The notes under the pieces: generated by a model | Database searches by the model: none | Seen by the model: only the letters and a program-made list of their open reading frames with translations | What the model was told of the DNA's origin: nothing | Source: Candidatus Hydrogenedentota bacterium | GTDB taxonomy: Bacteria > Hydrogenedentota > Hydrogenedentia > Hydrogenedentales > SLHB01 | Assembly (NCBI GenBank): GCA_963745075.1 | Contig: CAVUWV010000001.1 | Span: 256,001-320,000 of the forward strand | DNA: 64,000 nt | Reading direction: 5' to 3' | Program-made: the position numbers and the translations under genes | Shown: one piece after another, positions 1 to 9,970 of the stretch | How the letters are laid out: every line of letters starts with the position of its first letter | Position numbering within the stretch: the stretch's first letter is position 1

Positions 1-1
1 C

Positions 2-601
2 AGACTGGGCACGTCCGTTCACGTTTGGGATTTGAAAACCGGGCAACGCGTCCGTTCTACCGAAACGGAATCGGGACGCATCCGCGAGATCGATATCGCC
101 GCCGATGCGGAGCACTGGGTGATCGTTTACGAGAGCGGGATATCCCAATTCTACTCCATCACGAGCGGAGAATGTGGGGATGAATTCCGCGCGCTGCATG
201 GGGACGCAAGTGCTGCCGCGATTACGCGGGACGGAGCGATGCTGGCAGTCGGCGGCTTGGATGGGTCGATTGAGATCTGGGGTCTTGATTGGGAAGTGGC
301 GTTCGAGAAACCAGGGGATTGGGAGCGGCGAATCGGACCGTATCTTGAATGCCTACTGCTTTCACAAATGAGGTCTGTCAGCTCTCGCACGAATCCGGCG
401 GCGCGACTTGCCGGCCTTCTCCGAAAGGTCACCGCACTTCCGTCCGGCTTAGACCATGAGCGCGTGAAGGTCGCGTTGGGGCTTGCGGGATATGGTTGGC
501 TCGTGCCACAAGATATTGAGCGCGCCACAAAAAATTGTCTGATCCATTTGAACGTTAGGCCAACCCGTCGGCACAGGAGACGTCGGAAACCAAGAACCTG
601 A
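2..601 (+). CDS. WD40-repeat protein, C-terminal part (5' truncated by window)
   Basis: Frame open from window start; WD40-like segments SVHVWDLKTG and LAVGGLDGSIEIWGL. Confidence 0.7.
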   Translation, partial: RLGTSVHVWDLKTGQRVRSTETESGRIREIDIAADAEHWVIVYESGISQFYSITSGECGDEFRALHGDASAAAITRDGAMLAVGGLDGSIEIWGLDWEVAFEKPGDWERRIGPYLECLLLSQMRSVSSRTNPAARLAGLLRKVTALPSGLDHERVKVALGLAGYGWLVPQDIERATKNCLIHLNVRPTRRHRRRRKPRT

Positions 602-613
602 GCGATTAAGACG

Positions 614-3547
614 ATGAGCCCATTTCTAGATTCCGATACCCACCCTGACGGAGATCCCATGGCCGTGCGTCGCAAGCATGCACTGCGGGAAGTGGCGCGC
701 GTCGCGATGGCGGAATGTGTCGGCGGATTTCATTTTGGTCGATATGAAGATGACGTCCGAATGCTTCAGCGTCTTCACCACCGGGTTCAAACCCTCAAAG
801 CAGAAGGACTTTCCCAGGAGGGGGACGCCATGAGGCGCGCCCGTTACGAGCGGGCACAGCAAGCCAGCTACGTTGCCGAATTGATTGTTGATGCCGACGG
901 AGAGATGGTCTTACCTTCGACGGTAAAGATAGCAGTGGCCCGATATCGGGCCATCGATCGTCCCCAGCCCGAAGAGACCAGGGAACCAGTATCGACATCA
1001 CAGGGCGTGGTTGCTCTCTCATCGAATTCGTTCGAAGAAGTGGACGCCGCCGATGAGTCCGAAGACATGCCGACAGTGGCTTATGACGAAGCGGCGACTC
1101 GTATCCATGGGCTGGAATCCATCCCCGCGTGTGGCGCACCGCTCCCGGTTTTTGCCGTGTCGAAGTTGCCGGAAACATTGCAGGAACGAATCGAGAATCG
1201 ATTTGATAATGCCGATTATTGGTACTCCGAGCATCGACGAGCTGCAATCGGGATCGCGGGGATAGTGGCCGTCGCACTCCTGGCGGCCAACTTTACCGCA
1301 GCCATTTACATCGGCACTCATGAGCGCGATTACCTATCCGCACCGCACATCGGTGTCACTGCAGGTGGCGTGGAATTGACGCAGGGACAGGGGGCAGGCC
1401 AGGTATTGGAATCCACGGAGTCGCCTCCCCGGGATGAGGCAGGAAACAGGAGCTATCTCTTGTTTCAGATCTCTATCTTGGTCGCGCTGGCAGGTCTTCT
1501 CGGCTTCGTCGCATATCGCTCCCGACTAAAGAAGATTGACTTCATGGGACAATACTCACTGCGCATGGTAAAGGCCATCATGGTGCCGGTCAACGTCAGC
1601 GTGAAGCGTAGATTCACTCCGCTCCAACGTGCGCGATTCTACGACGATCCCGAGAACCTAATACCGGTTCGGTCCTTGACTTCGTTTGAACGCCGGGTAC
1701 GGGCTGCTCAAGTCGCAGCCTTGGTTCTACTTACTGTTGCGCTTTTCGTCCCGCAGGTCATCCGGATGGTCCAGGCTGCCAACCTATCCGTGCAATCAAC
1801 GGAAGTGAACACGACAAACGGAAGTAGCACCGAGCTTCATGCGTCCTACGCTACGGAGTCCGAGCCGGTGGACGAGGGAATACGTGACCAGCTCCGTTCT
1901 CAATATGCCCGGCTTACAGCCCTGATTATTCTCACTCTCCTCATGCTTTTCGTGGCCTACTTGTTGCGGAGGTTTCACCGGGCAAGCCGCAACTATATCC
2001 AAGGATTTGATCCCTCGCGGCACCATCAATATACGTCGGGAAGACTACCCGCCGAACCAAAACCGTGGGCACGCGCGGAATCGGAGCAGGAGCCACCAAT
2101 CGATCATGAAGACCCGTACAGCGCCAAAGTGCGAAAAATTGCCGATCAAGCAAAGGAGCTCTCCTTTGCAAAGCAATTCAAGATTGAGGCGATGATCGCG
2201 TGGTACCGCATTTTCAACAAGTGGCGTGTACTGAGCATTTTCGTACTGCTTGTCGACAATACCCTCCGATTTATGGGCGTGATCGTTTTCGGCGCCATGC
2301 TTGTACTTAGCGTAGTCATGCCGCTTATGGTACTCGTCATGTTTCAGGATGGTAACGGCCCGCAAGCAGTTGCGCTTCGGTCTTTTGCTGAAGAAATGTT
2401 TCCCGAAATGTACCCCGACAAACCGTCTGAAGAAGAGAGTATAACTGGTGAGGAAAAAATCGCAGGTTCTGCCGAGGAACTTACAGCTCAGGGGCGGCTA
2501 AACCTGGAGGTCCCCGAACCTGTCGAAATTCAACCAAAAGACCGGTGGGTCTTGCCTTACGTCTTGGTGCTGACGGGTATTGCGGGTATTAACCTGTTGT
2601 TGATGGGGTTGCGTCTGCTCGCTCGCCGGCGGACCGAGCTGCGCGTTGCGGGCACCAATTTGCGACTGACAACGGAAGCCGCAATTTCGTCGCTGGTTGT
2701 TATTGCAGCCCTTTGGCTTTGGGACCGCAACCCCGGCTATGCGATGGTCCAGGAAGTGTCCGAACAGGTACATGCCCTGCCCTACCGCACGCCGCTCGAT
2801 CCGTCGCGCGTTCAGGTTCTCACGGAGGGGAAGTTTTTTGCGCAATACTTCCTACCGGAGTCGACGTTTTCAGACGTATGGTATGTCGACCGTAGTAGCC
2901 CGGGTCCGCTGTGTGATGGGCAGTCGTGGAACACGGCTTACCACACGATTGAGGAGGGAGTACTTGCGGCAGCGTTTGCCGGTGGGGGTGAGGTGTGGGT
3001 GGCGAAAGGCTACTACCGGCCTAAACCGTTCTCAATATCGGGCTCGGAAGGGCTCGTGGCCGGCTTAGGGGTTCCAAATAATGTGCATGTCTTTGGCGGG
3101 TTCGGCGGGTCGAATCCTGGCGGGCACGAAGAATCACGGCTGGAGCGCAACTGGGACGCAAATGTAACTGTGCTGGACTTTCGGCCGGACGATTCGATGG
3201 AAGCTCGGTCAACGTGGATTTATGGGTTCGGCAACTGGACGTTGGATGGGCTTGTGGTCGTTGGAGGTCGCATCGTGGCCGATTCTGCGGCACGGAGTTG
3301 GGACGGCAGTCCACACGTGAACGGCGTTATTGGCAATGTGCAACTGGTGTATCCGGGCGTTCCGACTGCCTGCGCTATAGCCGGGGCTGACGACCAGCTT
3401 ATATTTCATCACACGATTCTCGTTGGTTCGGAAGGGGTGGTTCCGATGAAGTTCGAGGCGCGCATGACGTATCCGGGCATCTGGGATCCGGAAATTCGTC
3501 AACCCGCAATTGGTCCCCCGAGGCAACTGGCGTTATTCTCGAGGTGA
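614..3547 (+). CDS. Large multi-pass membrane protein with C-terminal beta-helix (pectin-lyase-like) start motif
   Basis: 977-aa ORF with about 8 hydrophobic segments; C-terminal VWYVD...DGQSWNTAYHTI...GGGEVWVAKGYY motif typical of secreted beta-helix proteins. Confidence 0.7.
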   Translation: MSPFLDSDTHPDGDPMAVRRKHALREVARVAMAECVGGFHFGRYEDDVRMLQRLHHRVQTLKAEGLSQEGDAMRRARYERAQQASYVAELIVDADGEMVLPSTVKIAVARYRAIDRPQPEETREPVSTSQGVVALSSNSFEEVDAADESEDMPTVAYDEAATRIHGLESIPACGAPLPVFAVSKLPETLQERIENRFDNADYWYSEHRRAAIGIAGIVAVALLAANFTAAIYIGTHERDYLSAPHIGVTAGGVELTQGQGAGQVLESTESPPRDEAGNRSYLLFQISILVALAGLLGFVAYRSRLKKIDFMGQYSLRMVKAIMVPVNVSVKRRFTPLQRARFYDDPENLIPVRSLTSFERRVRAAQVAALVLLTVALFVPQVIRMVQAANLSVQSTEVNTTNGSSTELHASYATESEPVDEGIRDQLRSQYARLTALIILTLLMLFVAYLLRRFHRASRNYIQGFDPSRHHQYTSGRLPAEPKPWARAESEQEPPIDHEDPYSAKVRKIADQAKELSFAKQFKIEAMIAWYRIFNKWRVLSIFVLLVDNTLRFMGVIVFGAMLVLSVVMPLMVLVMFQDGNGPQAVALRSFAEEMFPEMYPDKPSEEESITGEEKIAGSAEELTAQGRLNLEVPEPVEIQPKDRWVLPYVLVLTGIAGINLLLMGLRLLARRRTELRVAGTNLRLTTEAAISSLVVIAALWLWDRNPGYAMVQEVSEQVHALPYRTPLDPSRVQVLTEGKFFAQYFLPESTFSDVWYVDRSSPGPLCDGQSWNTAYHTIEEGVLAAAFAGGGEVWVAKGYYRPKPFSISGSEGLVAGLGVPNNVHVFGGFGGSNPGGHEESRLERNWDANVTVLDFRPDDSMEARSTWIYGFGNWTLDGLVVVGGRIVADSAARSWDGSPHVNGVIGNVQLVYPGVPTACAIAGADDQLIFHHTILVGSEGVVPMKFEARMTYPGIWDPEIRQPAIGPPRQLALFSR

Positions 3548-3938
3548 TCGGAGCGAAAGAACGTGTTTGTGGAGCGACATACCGGACGTTTGGCGCGAGC
3601 CGACTCGACCGGCGGCAGACATTTGAAAGCCATATCTGAAGATCCCATGGTTAGCGACATGAATGTCCACCCAACGGCCATCATCATCTGTCCTGTGCGT
3701 GATTAGAGTGTGTACCACTGGGGCGTGGCGGCAATCAAACCGTTGATGTGGTTCTTGCGCGTCTTGCAGGCAATTTGGCCCTGTCGCGGATTAACAAGGG
3801 AGCTGCGGACTGCCGCAGCGGTTTAGGCTATACTACCGCAAAACCTGAGAAAGGCCGGCGCAAAGTACATCCTATGATTCCTGTTCAGCATCCAAATGGG
3901 CCCCGAAGCTGTGCATGCACTTGGTTTGGAGGACACGC

Positions 3939-5961
3939 ATGGCTCGTTTCCTAAACTTGACGTTACTACGCGGTGATCAGCCCGTTTTCGGTGGGGGGAA
4001 TGCGAACGACGCTGGATCCATCCAAGAGGTCGCGGAGTTTACGCGTCGCGCAAAACGGGGTGACACGGAAGCGCAGTATCAGCTGGGTTCTCTCTATTGC
4101 CAAGGACTGGACGTTCCCAAGGATTACGCGGAGGCTGCGCGCTGGTATCAAAAGGCTGCAGAGCAAGGGGAACTGCGGTCTCAATTCAACCTCGGGGCAC
4201 TTTACTATTTTGGACAGGGCGTCCCACAAGATCGTGCCATTGCCGCGACATGGTTCGAGAAAGCCGCCGAACAGGGAGACCGGAGAGCCCAATACAATCT
4301 GGGAGCAATGTACTATCGCGGAGAGGGCGTTCCGACAAACTTTATCGCGGCCGCCAAGTGGTTTCAGCACGCTGCCGAGCAGGGGGAACCGAGGGCCCAA
4401 CTGAATCTGGGGGTGTTGTACCATTACGGGCAAGGTGTAACGCAGGACTCTCACGAAGCTGCGAAGTGGTACCGTGCGGCCGCGGACCACAACGATCCAA
4501 ACGCCCAATTGAGCCTGGGTCTCCTGTATTACGGCGGTAAAGGCATCCCGCGCGACTATGCAGAAGCGTTTTCGTGGTATCTGAAAGCTGCGTATCAGGG
4601 TGTAGCCAAGGCTCAACTCAACGTTGGGGTGATGTACCATCGAGGGGAAGGTGTTGTCCAGGATTTCGCGGAAGCCGCCAAGTGGTACCGTAAAGCATCC
4701 GAACAAGGAAGTGCACAGGCGCAGTACAACCTCGGATCCCTGTACCGTCGAGGACAGGGCGTGCCCCAGAGTTTTACCGAGGCCGCCAAGTGGTGCCGTA
4801 AGGCCGCTGACCAGGGCTTTGCGCTGGCTCAGTGTTACCTGGCAACCTTGTACCTTCAGGGTCGCGGGGTAAGCCAAGATTACGCAGAAGCTCTTCAGTG
4901 GTACCGGAAAGCGGCCGAGCAATCCAACGCAAAGGCCCAGTGTTACCTCGGCTACATGCACGAACGAGGCAAGGGCGTTCCACAGGATCTTGCCCTGGCC
5001 ATTAAGTGGTATCGTCAAGCGGCGAAAAAAGGATTTGCGAAGGCTCAATGCAGACTCGGTTCCATGCGTGCGAATGGAAAAGGGCTTGACCAAGACTTCG
5101 CTAAAGCGATGGTGTGGTATCGGAAGGCCGCCGAGCAGGACTTGGCCGAAGCCTTTTACTATATTGGATTGATGTACGCTGGGGAAGGGGGTCCAACAGG
5201 ACGACGCGAAGGCGATGTCTTGGTATCGCAAAGCTGCCGACAAAGGATTTCCCTTGGCCCAGGAGACCCTCGGGAGGGCGTGCCTTCACGGAAAAGCGAT
5301 CCAACAGAACTTCACCGACGCGGCCAAGTGGTTTAGGCGGGCGGCCGAACAAGGGGTTGCCAGCGCGCAATGCAGCCTCGGTCTGTTGTACGCGGAAGGG
5401 ACGGGTATTCCCCAGGACTATTCCCAAGCAGCCAAGTGGTTTAGGCGGGCGGCCGAACAAGGAATTGCCAGCGCGCAATATAACCTAGGTCTGCTGTACG
5501 CGGAAGGGAAGGGCATCCCTCAGGACTATTCGCAGGCGGTTAAGTGGTTTCGGGAAGGTACTCAGGGGGGCGACTACCGGGCCTGCTATCAACTTGGCGT
5601 TTTGTACGCCGAGGGTTTAGGTGTACCACAGGATTGTGCAGTGGCGATGGGCTGTTTTCGTCAAGCCGCGGAGCGTGGAGATCCTCGAGCGCAGCTTAAG
5701 CTTGGTGTCCTTCATCGAAATGGAACCGGCGTATTGCAGGATTACGTCGAAGCTTACGTGTGGTTTAACTTGGCGGCGGCACGGGGGGACAAGCAAGCCA
5801 TGCAATGGAGGGACGACATGGCACCGATGATGACAAGAGATGCCGTCGCAGAAGCCCAAAGTCGTTGCGCAGACTGGAACAAGAGAATTGAGGAAACCAA
5901 TTCTGGCCCTTCCGCAGTCGTGGCAATGGACACTTCGGCTCACGATTTTGAATCCACGTAG
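3939..5961 (+). CDS. Sel1-like repeat protein (~16 repeats), split by one frameshift near 5187-5191
   Basis: GGAGG RBS before ATG 3939; 36-aa AQYNLGxxYxxGxGVxQDxxxAxxWYxKAAEQG repeats continue in the 5215..5961 frame after a G5 run. Confidence 0.9.
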
Positions 5962-6125
5962 TGGATGGGTAAGTCACAGTTTTTCAATGTCTTATGCCGC
6001 CTCAATGAAGCTCGATGTCTGGACTTTCGCCAGCGGTCGGCCAGCCGTCTGCCAAAGGGAATTCAACGGCTGCCGCGAATTCACCTTTGGCGCACGTTCA
6101 CCGTTGGTAGTTGGGGATTTCTGGG

Positions 6126-7370
6126 CTATCTGGGTCCCCATCCTGCCATTGAAAGAAGGGTCGGCCCAATTGAACTGGCTGTCAGCCAAAAGAGATACGC
6201 TAGCATCGCGAGCCCCACGATACCCAAGCCAATACTCACCGGGCCGTTCCGCAGGTCCCCCATGGTCTTCTTGCTGGACGTGATGACGAGAAGGACGATC
6301 CCCGCAAGCGGCGCAGCAATAAGCGTCGAGGCTTGAGCCAACAGGACCGAGGTCGTGTTCCCGGCGCTGAAAACTAATGTCGTGATGCCGATGACGCATC
6401 CAATCACCATGCACAGCGCCGCGAGCATCCGAGCCGGCTTTCCGTCCAGCCGCGAGTCCAGACCCAGTCCGTCGGCGAGGATCGACCCCCCCGCGCAAGC
6501 GTTTACGATGAACGACGAGAACGACGCCGCGCCCAATCCCAGGCAGAACACCAGATTCGCAAAGGGTCCAAGCAGATCGCCGAACTGATTGGCAAGATCG
6601 CCCGCGGACTGGAAGCTCGCGCCGGTTGCATGGAGGGTCTGCGCCGCGCCGATCATGATGACGATGACGATGGTTCCCAACACCGCAATGCCGGTCCACG
6701 CGTCGCCGACGGCATTGGACAGGTTCTCCCGGTTCCAGCCCTTGGCGCGTACGAGGTAAGCCTGATACAAGGCGGCGATCACCGAGAAATTCGTCGCCAG
6801 CATGGCCGCCGCGATGGTCGTCTGTTCCTTGGTCAACCGCGGAACCAGTCCCGCCGCGAGTTTCGGCACGCTCACGCCGGTGAAGAACAGGTTCGCCGCG
6901 AAACAGACGATCATGATGGCGACCAAGGCCATCATCCCGCGTTCCAGCACTACGTAAAGGTGGCGGGCAAAAAACAGAAACGCCAACGACAGCCCGGTGA
7001 ATACCAGCGGCCAGACCCACAAGGGCGTCTTCGTGACCCCACTCACGGCGAACGCAACACCCAGATTGTTGCCGAACTGGAACCCCGCGCATACGAAGAA
7101 GGCCGATAGGCCCACCAACACCGACAGGACTTTCCCGCGATGTTCCGCGAGATACTCCAGCGGCGTGGTGTCGAGCGCGCATCCCAGCCGCGCACCCATG
7201 GCCGTATACGTCGCCATAAGTATGGCCGCGGCGACCACCACCCAGACCAGTCCGTAGCCCGCTTCGGCCCCCGCCCGGCTCGACGCGATGATGCTACCAG
7301 GCCCAAGTACCACCGAAGCCGTGATCAATCCAGGACCCACCCTGCGCAGGAATTGTCGGAGGAGATTCAT
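6126..7370 (-). CDS. NRAMP-family (MntH-like) divalent cation transporter
   Basis: N-terminal GPGLITASVVLGPGSI...GAEAGYGLVW motif; about 11 TM segments. Confidence 0.8.
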   Translation of the reverse strand: MNLLRQFLRRVGPGLITASVVLGPGSIIASSRAGAEAGYGLVWVVVAAAILMATYTAMGARLGCALDTTPLEYLAEHRGKVLSVLVGLSAFFVCAGFQFGNNLGVAFAVSGVTKTPLWVWPLVFTGLSLAFLFFARHLYVVLERGMMALVAIMIVCFAANLFFTGVSVPKLAAGLVPRLTKEQTTIAAAMLATNFSVIAALYQAYLVRAKGWNRENLSNAVGDAWTGIAVLGTIVIVIMIGAAQTLHATGASFQSAGDLANQFGDLLGPFANLVFCLGLGAASFSSFIVNACAGGSILADGLGLDSRLDGKPARMLAALCMVIGCVIGITTLVFSAGNTTSVLLAQASTLIAAPLAGIVLLVITSSKKTMGDLRNGPVSIGLGIVGLAMLAYLFWLTASSIGPTLLSMAGWGPR

Positions 7371-7607
7371 GGGCAGCGATATTGACGGGACGGGGATGCG
7401 ATGTCAAGGAATGGGATTCGATTCCAGCGGCGCGTAAAGATGCACCTAATCTGTCGACTTTACTGTATAATGCCGCCCGAAGTTCGCTTACGGGGCGCGT
7501 TCCAATGAGATACAGGCGCTTTGCCACTCGCATGCTGGGAGATTCCGAAATGGGCGGCCGGCATAGTGCCGGGCCATCGGGGCGCGCCGTCAGGGAGTGA
7601 ACTTGGC

Positions 7608-9050
7608 ATGAATGAACTCTATGCGGTCGTAACCTTACTCGTGCTCAGCGCGGGGCTGGCCGGGTTTCTCGTCTGGTACGCGTGGCGGCACCGGAGCACC
7701 AGTGGCAGTTGCTACTTTTCCTTCCTGACACTTTCACTCGCATTGTACGCGCTCACGGTCGCCGTGGAACTCCTGTCCCGCGACGTCTCCACCAAAATCC
7801 TGCTCTCCAAATGCCAGTATCTCTTTAACGGAAATCTGGCGCCGCTCTGGATGTTATTTGCCCTGAGCTATGCCGAAATGGATCGATGGATAACCCGCCC
7901 CCGCGTGATCCTTCTCTGGGTAGTCCCGGTCTGCGTACTCGCGCTGGTCTGGACCAATGAGTGGCACCACCTCGCGTGGCCCTCGGTTACCCCCATCCCC
8001 GGTCATCCGGCCGGCCTGGTGTTATACGAACACGGACCGGCGGTGTGGACGCTGGCCGTATACTCCTACCTGCTGATGTTTATCGGTACCGTGATTCTCG
8101 TGGCCGCCGCCCTTCGATCTCCCCGACTGTACAAGAGCCAGATTGTGGCGCTGATCGTTGGAGCCGGTTTGCCGTGGGTCGGGAATATGCTCTACATGAG
8201 CGGGCTGAGTCCGCTGCAAGGGTTCGATCTGATGCCGGTCTTCTTCGCCTTGTCCGGCGGTTTCCTGGGCTGGGGCGTGTTCCGTTACCACCTGTTCGAG
8301 ATGACCCCGATCGCGCTCAACACGGTCCTATCCAACATGTCCGAAGGCGTCATTCTGGTGGATTCCGCGCATCGCATCATCAACATCAATCCGTCCGCGC
8401 GCAAGCTTCTGGGGGTAACACGCAGCGCCATTGGCGAATGCCTGGAATCCCTCGGGGCCTTCGGCGCTTCGTTGGCCGCCATGAAGGAGCGCACGAGACT
8501 TCACAAGTTGAATGCCGCGTTCCCCGGCGTCAACTTGCCGATGTGGATGGAAGTCACGATGCGGACCGTGGCGTCACCCCGCAGGGGACCCGAAACACGG
8601 CTGATTCTCATACGTGACGTCACCGCGAATAGGTTGGCCGAGGAGGCCCTGAACCGCGAAATCCGATTCAGCCGGCTGGTTATTGAAAACGTGGCCGAGG
8701 GGCTATGCGTATGCCACGCAATAGACGATTTTCCGCATCTGGAGTTCCGGCTCTGGAACGAGCGCATGACCGAATTGACGGGCTACACCATGGACGAAAT
8801 CAATCGTCTGGGCTGGTACCAAAGCCTCTATCCCGATCCGGAATTGCAGAACAAGGCCATGGAGCGGACCGCACGCCTGCGAGAAGGCGAACACCTGGTA
8901 TCAGAAGAGTGGCCGATCACCCGGAAGGACGGCCAGCGCCGGATCTTTTCCATATCCACCTCCGCCGTCCGCGGCGAGAACGACGAAATCCACGTCCTGG
9001 CATTAATAACCGACATCACCGGGCGTGGCCAATCGTCGCAGACGACGTGA
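7608..9050 (+). CDS. HisKA_7TM-type membrane sensor with two PAS domains and no output domain
   Basis: 7 TM N-terminus with WTNEWHHLAW motif; PAS motifs MSEGVILVD...INPSA...IRDVT and WNERMTELTGY...ITDIT. Confidence 0.8.
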   Translation: MNELYAVVTLLVLSAGLAGFLVWYAWRHRSTSGSCYFSFLTLSLALYALTVAVELLSRDVSTKILLSKCQYLFNGNLAPLWMLFALSYAEMDRWITRPRVILLWVVPVCVLALVWTNEWHHLAWPSVTPIPGHPAGLVLYEHGPAVWTLAVYSYLLMFIGTVILVAAALRSPRLYKSQIVALIVGAGLPWVGNMLYMSGLSPLQGFDLMPVFFALSGGFLGWGVFRYHLFEMTPIALNTVLSNMSEGVILVDSAHRIININPSARKLLGVTRSAIGECLESLGAFGASLAAMKERTRLHKLNAAFPGVNLPMWMEVTMRTVASPRRGPETRLILIRDVTANRLAEEALNREIRFSRLVIENVAEGLCVCHAIDDFPHLEFRLWNERMTELTGYTMDEINRLGWYQSLYPDPELQNKAMERTARLREGEHLVSEEWPITRKDGQRRIFSISTSAVRGENDEIHVLALITDITGRGQSSQTT

Positions 9051-9128
9051 GGAATCGGGGCAGTCTGGCAAATCGCGCCGTGTTCCCATCGTCGGCTCCG
9101 GCGCGCCCTACCAATCGGCAGTTTTACA

Positions 9129-9137
9129 TGCTATAAT
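9129..9137 (+). promoter_or_regulatory. Extended -10 promoter element for cysC
   Basis: TGCTATAAT about 55 nt upstream of the cysC start. Confidence 0.5.
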
Positions 9138-9192
9138 CCCGTTTCTTACCCGATTTTCTCGATTACGTAACCAAATCTTTATGGAGTGAGGA

Positions 9193-9804
9193 ATGGCTGA
9201 CAAAGTAAAAGCAACCAATATCACCTGGCACCACGCGGACATCACGAAAGAAGACCGCGAGAAGCAAAACGGCCACAAGGCTGCGGTCATTTGGTTTACG
9301 GGGTTGTCCGGTTCGGGCAAGTCTACCCTGGCCCATGCCGTGGAAAACGCCCTTTTCGAGGCGGGCTGCCGCACCTTCGTGCTCGACGGTGACAACGTCC
9401 GCCACGGGCTGAATAAGGACCTGGGCTTTTCGCCCGAAGATCGCGAGGAAAACATCCGCCGCATCGGCGAAGTGGCTCATTTGTTCACCCAGGCCGGCGT
9501 CATCGCCATGACGGCGTTCATTTCTCCCTATCGTGCCGACCGGGACAAGGCCCGTGCCATCGCCGGCGAGGGCAACTTCATCGAAGTCTTTCTGAAGTGT
9601 GCGTTGGAGGTGTGCGAGGAACGGGACCCCAAGGGCCTTTACAAGAAGGCCCGGGCCGGCGAGATTCCCGAGTTCACCGGTATCTCGGCGCCCTATGAGG
9701 AACCGAACAAGCCCGAGATCATCGTCGACACCGGCGCGCAGACGTTGGAGGAATCGGCGCAAGCGGTACTGGCCGCGCTCCGCGAACGCGGAATTATCGA
9801 GTAA
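9193..9804 (+). CDS. cysC: Adenylyl-sulfate kinase
   Basis: [13 protein letters not shown]-loop; [25 protein letters not shown] and FTGISAPYE motifs. Confidence 0.97.
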   Translation: MADKVKATNITWHHADITKEDREKQNGHKAAVIWFTGLSGSGKSTLAHAVENALFEAGCRTFVLDGDNVRHGLNKDLGFSPEDREENIRRIGEVAHLFTQAGVIAMTAFISPYRADRDKARAIAGEGNFIEVFLKCALEVCEERDPKGLYKKARAGEIPEFTGISAPYEEPNKPEIIVDTGAQTLEESAQAVLAALRERGIIE

Positions 9805-9905
9805 CACCGGTCTCCCATTGGGGCGGATTCATTGAACCTATCTTGCGGGGCTTGCGGAGTTTGAATCCATTCCCTTGGGGGTGGACTCAACTTTCAACCC
9901 CAACG

Positions 9906-9944
9906 CCACAATATATTGCGTGTCGCAGGGCGTTGTGCTACAAT
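9906..9944 (+). promoter_or_regulatory. Sigma70-type promoter with NrdR-box-like palindrome overlapping the -35
   Basis: TTGCGT(9916)-N17-TACAAT(9939) with TG extension; CACAATATATTGCG at 9907-9920. Confidence 0.55.
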
Positions 9945-9970
9945 CTACCCTCAAACAGGGGTAAAGCACC

